Source of the DNA: Eremomyces bilateralis CBS 781.70
Taxonomy: Eukaryota
NCBI GenBank assembly: GCA_010015585.1
Contig: ML975160.1
Direction: 5' to 3' (one strand)
DNA: 64,000 nucleotides
Part shown: positions 60,450 to 64,000 of the stretch, in pieces
Numbering within the stretch: the first letter of the stretch is position 1
How the letters are laid out: every line of letters starts with the position of its first letter
Made by a program: the position numbers and the translations under genes
Notes under the pieces: model-generated
What the model was told of the DNA's origin: nothing
The model's input: only the letters and a program-made list of their open reading frames with translations
Database searches by the model: none

Positions 60450-63400
60450 TAGCACAGGTGCCTGTGCCCGTCCACTGTCATAAGACAGGCTCAGTCCACC
60501 GTCCTTTGGCGGCGAGGAGGTGTTAGGGGTCCCGCGACCTTCCACCCTAGCCGTTCGTAGATCCCTCGGTCGAGCGTCTCACGTGCCGGGTAATTCGAAA
60601 CCTGCTGCGACGCAAGTAATCCCGCGAACAAGCGGTTTGTTTGATGGGAGCCGTCCAAAATCTCAGCCAGGCACTGCCGCACTGGTTCCGGGCACCGGGA
60701 AGCACCAGGGGTCGATCCACTGAACGCGGTTCGAATGATGACGACGGGGGAGTCGGCAGTGGCGGAAGAGCGGGTGGACGGTACGGAATCAGCGGTGGTG
60801 ATGCTGATGCGCTGTGACTGAAAAGAAGTAAATTCAAATAAGTCAACCACCCCAGTTCCCGTGCACCCCGTCTCTCAAAACTCCAACAGGACACAGAGTA
60901 GTACAAATTGTGCGTAATTCAACGCACACAATATATTTTTCTATGGCTGTGTTCGAAATTTAAAACACATTGACTCAAAAGTAGCCCGTTGAACTTGTCA
61001 TAATATATCCGCAGCCTCAATTTGTTGGCGTTTCACAGCCTTTTGAAGCCCTTCTTTCAAGTAGGCGATCCCCGTATTCTTGATTGAAAATGCCTTCGCA
61101 ACTTTCCCCCCGAAACCCCTTGGAACCCCGCTTCATCATGCCCTTGTACTTTTGCGTATATATATCCTTTGGGCCTTTTGGTGCATTATATGATATAGGG
61201 AAACTAAGTTCCGGGGTTACAGGGCGTTGTATGATGTGATTCTGGTTCAATTGGGTGCTTTGTAGGACTTTGTCAGAGTTGAACGGAACCATTCCCGTTC
61301 CACAAAATCCTGCACGGATATTATGTATATCCAGAGCCTGGATTCTTGATTTATAGTATATAGAGATAAAATTATGCTTTTGACAGGTGCAGAGCTGTCA
61401 AGAGAAGCCAATTTGCTAAGCTCTTTCTGGTAGTTATCTAGACTTCAGAGGTGAAAAACACGCAACATCAAGGGGCTGGAGGAAACGGGAACAGTGAGCA
61501 GGTAAAAATAAGAGAATGCACGGTTTTCCTTCGTCAATTTTCATGAACTCTACCGTGGCATGAGAACCGAGCCCATCGCACACTAAAAGGCGCCAATCGT
61601 CTGAGGAGTTCAGTGAGTTACTTTCCGGTCAGAAGTACTTTTCCATCCATTGGATGCCGATCTCGTTCTATGTCTAGGCATTCTCTGAGCTAGTATAGTG
61701 CCAATTTGGTATATCATTATGGTTTAGTGGAAACCAGGAAGACTGTACCAATTTTCCTTTGAAGATGATTAGGGGGGAGATTGTTCGACCGTCTGCTGAG
61801 ATAGCTTCAAGAACTGAAACCCATTCGTAATCCGCGGGCATTTGGTATATGTATGCGTTTTATTTCACCCTTGTGAAGAAGTCTGAGTAAGAGCAATTAC
61901 TCTCCCGTTAGTTCCGCAGCCAAGGGATAGACCGTGTTCGTCGAAATTCCACTGGTTCGCGATTTTGGTATTGTATCGCTCGCAAACGTGTCCATACGTC
62001 TCGCTCGAAGAACTTCTGAATGACCTCCTTTTCTGCGTGATTTACGCGAGCAGCCTCGATTGACCTTTCCGACCATGGCTTTTCCCTGAAGATTCTGTCG
62101 TGAAACGCTGGTGGTCCAACTTTGCCGCAAGGAGTATCATCGCCATTTTCTTAGGCGATTGTATTAGCACATTTATTGATAGAATCAAATTCTCCGTCCT
62201 GAACAGCTTGTATAGCAAGTTCTATGGCGTTTTCATTGATTTTAGGCATTTTCACCATATATTTTGCATTGGTTGAATTGCTTCGTATATTTCAAACCAA
62301 TCTATCAATCTATCTAGATTTCATGGGGGCTGCACGGAAAGGGGGGTTCACGGGAACTGGGGTGGTTGACTTATAATGCGAAAGAAGAGCCAAAGATGTG
62401 AGCAGTGGAAAATGGCCGTTTGCAGAAACGTTGTTTGACATCACAGAAGCAGGGAATGATGAGGGTGGATTTAAAGCCGATGGCAAAATTGTTTGCTCAA
62501 GTAAAGCATGATCACCCCGTTTCATCGGTGTCGTCTAGCCCCTCGATGTGATTGCTTCGGATATTCCTAGAGCCAATGATACCTGTAGCAATTTGTTTGC
62601 TACCCTGGTAGCATGGGGAACAATAAAGAGAACAGAAACGTGGTTGTTCGGGGGGCTGATGGAGATCAAACGCCAGAATTGTGAATGTAACACTCGTGAC
62701 TGCTTCTGAGGGTTGAAGATTCCTGGTTCTTCTGGCCAAGGAATCAGAGTAGGATCTAAATTGAAACCATTGAACAATTGTTGGAGGGACTTGCACGAAC
62801 AAGCTTAAACCCAACGCCCGATGGATTCACCCAGTCCATTGGAATGAGCACTCATCTTGAAAATAGCCACATTCTCCTGGCTGCTCCCCAATGCCTCTCT
62901 ATAAGGGAAAATGTCAATGCCAACTCGCCGCAGCTTCGCTAGAGGTTGGGCGAGAGGAACTCTTCTTGCCCCGCAGTACCCGGACAAGAAATTCCAATAT
63001 AACGGGGTGGAGTTGGCCCCTCAGCTCATTCAGTGCAATGGATACGTCAGGTTCAACAAATTATACAGGCAAAGCACTTCCAGACTGGAGGGGTACTGTA
63101 GAGTGAGCAGAGATGAAAGTCACCACCGGACTTTCTAAGAACCAGACTAGACATTGCCACAACAACAGCAATGGGGGACGGCCAAAACAACGATACAAGT
63201 TATAAGAGTGAACAGAAACCAAAACCGAAGTCCTTAAACTTCCTAAAGGCTGGTAAGAACTTTGTAGAAGCTGAACAGGCCATATAATTAACGGAGAAAT
63301 ATTTCAACCTGCTGGACTGAATGGAAGCCAACAGGCCATTCGTATTATGACAGGTATAAGGGATAGGCTTTGGATGGAAATATCCGCACAACTCTTCACT

Positions 63401-63693
63401 CTGAGATACTCTCAGCTCAGGGGAAATGAGAAGTATCAGATCAAAATCCATGAGGGCGACAGGAGAGGTCATGACAAACTGAAGTGAAGTTGAAGTTGGG
63501 GATGTGTGGCTGCGTGCTTGAATGAACTGTGGCTGGTGTTGACACCTAAAGTAGTTACATGATTGACCAGCATCTCTTTACTGTTTTCCCGAACTTCAAC
63601 CGCCGGAGTTAACTCGGACCTATTCCTATCTCCAAAATTCAACGACGCCACAACGCCACAGCAAAAATCCAGCGCCATAATTGCACCGCCACA

Positions 63694-64000
63694 ATGACTC
63701 CTCCAATCCCCAACCGCGAATTCGACCTTGGAGATGAAGACCCAGATGATATTCCAGACTACCCAGACGTCTGTCGGCGTTGTCAAGGAAATCATCAAAC
63801 AAACGAGCATAGAGATCAACCAGTATTCGGCAACATTATGGAGAACCCTCTTCCCGACCCGCGACCTCCGGGATCCGGTCCTGATGCCATCATGGTCCCT
63901 GCCAAGCACTTCTATACAGAGGCGCAGATCCAGCTTCGGTTGCAGCAGATCGGGATGGATGAGGCGAAGGATATGCCGGCCAGGTTGCAGGGAATCAGCA
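63694..64000 (+). CDS. Probable Ctk2-like C-type cyclin, 5' part (runs off window)
   Basis: Open frame MTPPIPNREF..GPDAIMVPAKHFYTEAQIQLRLQQIGMDEAKDMPARLQGIS resembles the AKPY..EQ.I..L..IG......RLQGV N-terminus of fungal Ctk2 cyclins, from memory. The cyclin box lies outside the window. Confidence 0.5.
   Translation, partial: MTPPIPNREFDLGDEDPDDIPDYPDVCRRCQGNHQTNEHRDQPVFGNIMENPLPDPRPPGSGPDAIMVPAKHFYTEAQIQLRLQQIGMDEAKDMPARLQGIS

Noticed and set aside
61000..63600. Fragmentary ORFs upstream of the cyclin-like gene
   Set aside because: No motif I can identify on either strand.

Overview
Eukaryotic DNA from a filamentous ascomycete (Pezizomycotina): short GT-AG introns with CTRAY branch sites, no prokaryotic features, no CRISPR. 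Housekeeping and signalling genes: 3' end of EF-2, tRNA-Lys(CTT), RBM26/27-like PWI-CCCH-RRM protein, multi-KH protein, SDT1-like nucleotidase, BSP-family peptidase, two SDRs, BOR1, an MFS permease, a CBM18 chitin deacetylase, a GSK-3-like kinase, an RGA1-like LIM-RhoGAP and the start of a probable Ctk2-like cyclin. They are interspersed with transposon relics: a PIF1/Helitron-type helicase with RIP-like stops, a TA-flanked pogo/Fot1 deletion derivative, a Tc1 fragment, a Tad1-like LINE 3' end plus an inverted solo copy of its 3' UTR, and a 411-bp fold-back MITE. A HET pseudogene and an N-truncated HeLo-type pseudokinase are also present. Most notable: (i) a secreted two-module, 8-Cys chitin-binding gene built by internal duplication of a whole prepro-intron-domain unit, with a (Pro-Pro-Ile)n linker, a GC-AG intron and dibasic sites; (ii) an intact GSK-3 with substitutions concentrated in normally invariant catalytic and substrate-binding motifs; (iii) an intact MYND gene sitting where the 5' half of a decayed Helitron-type helicase should be. 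All family calls are from motif recognition by eye; no searches were run.
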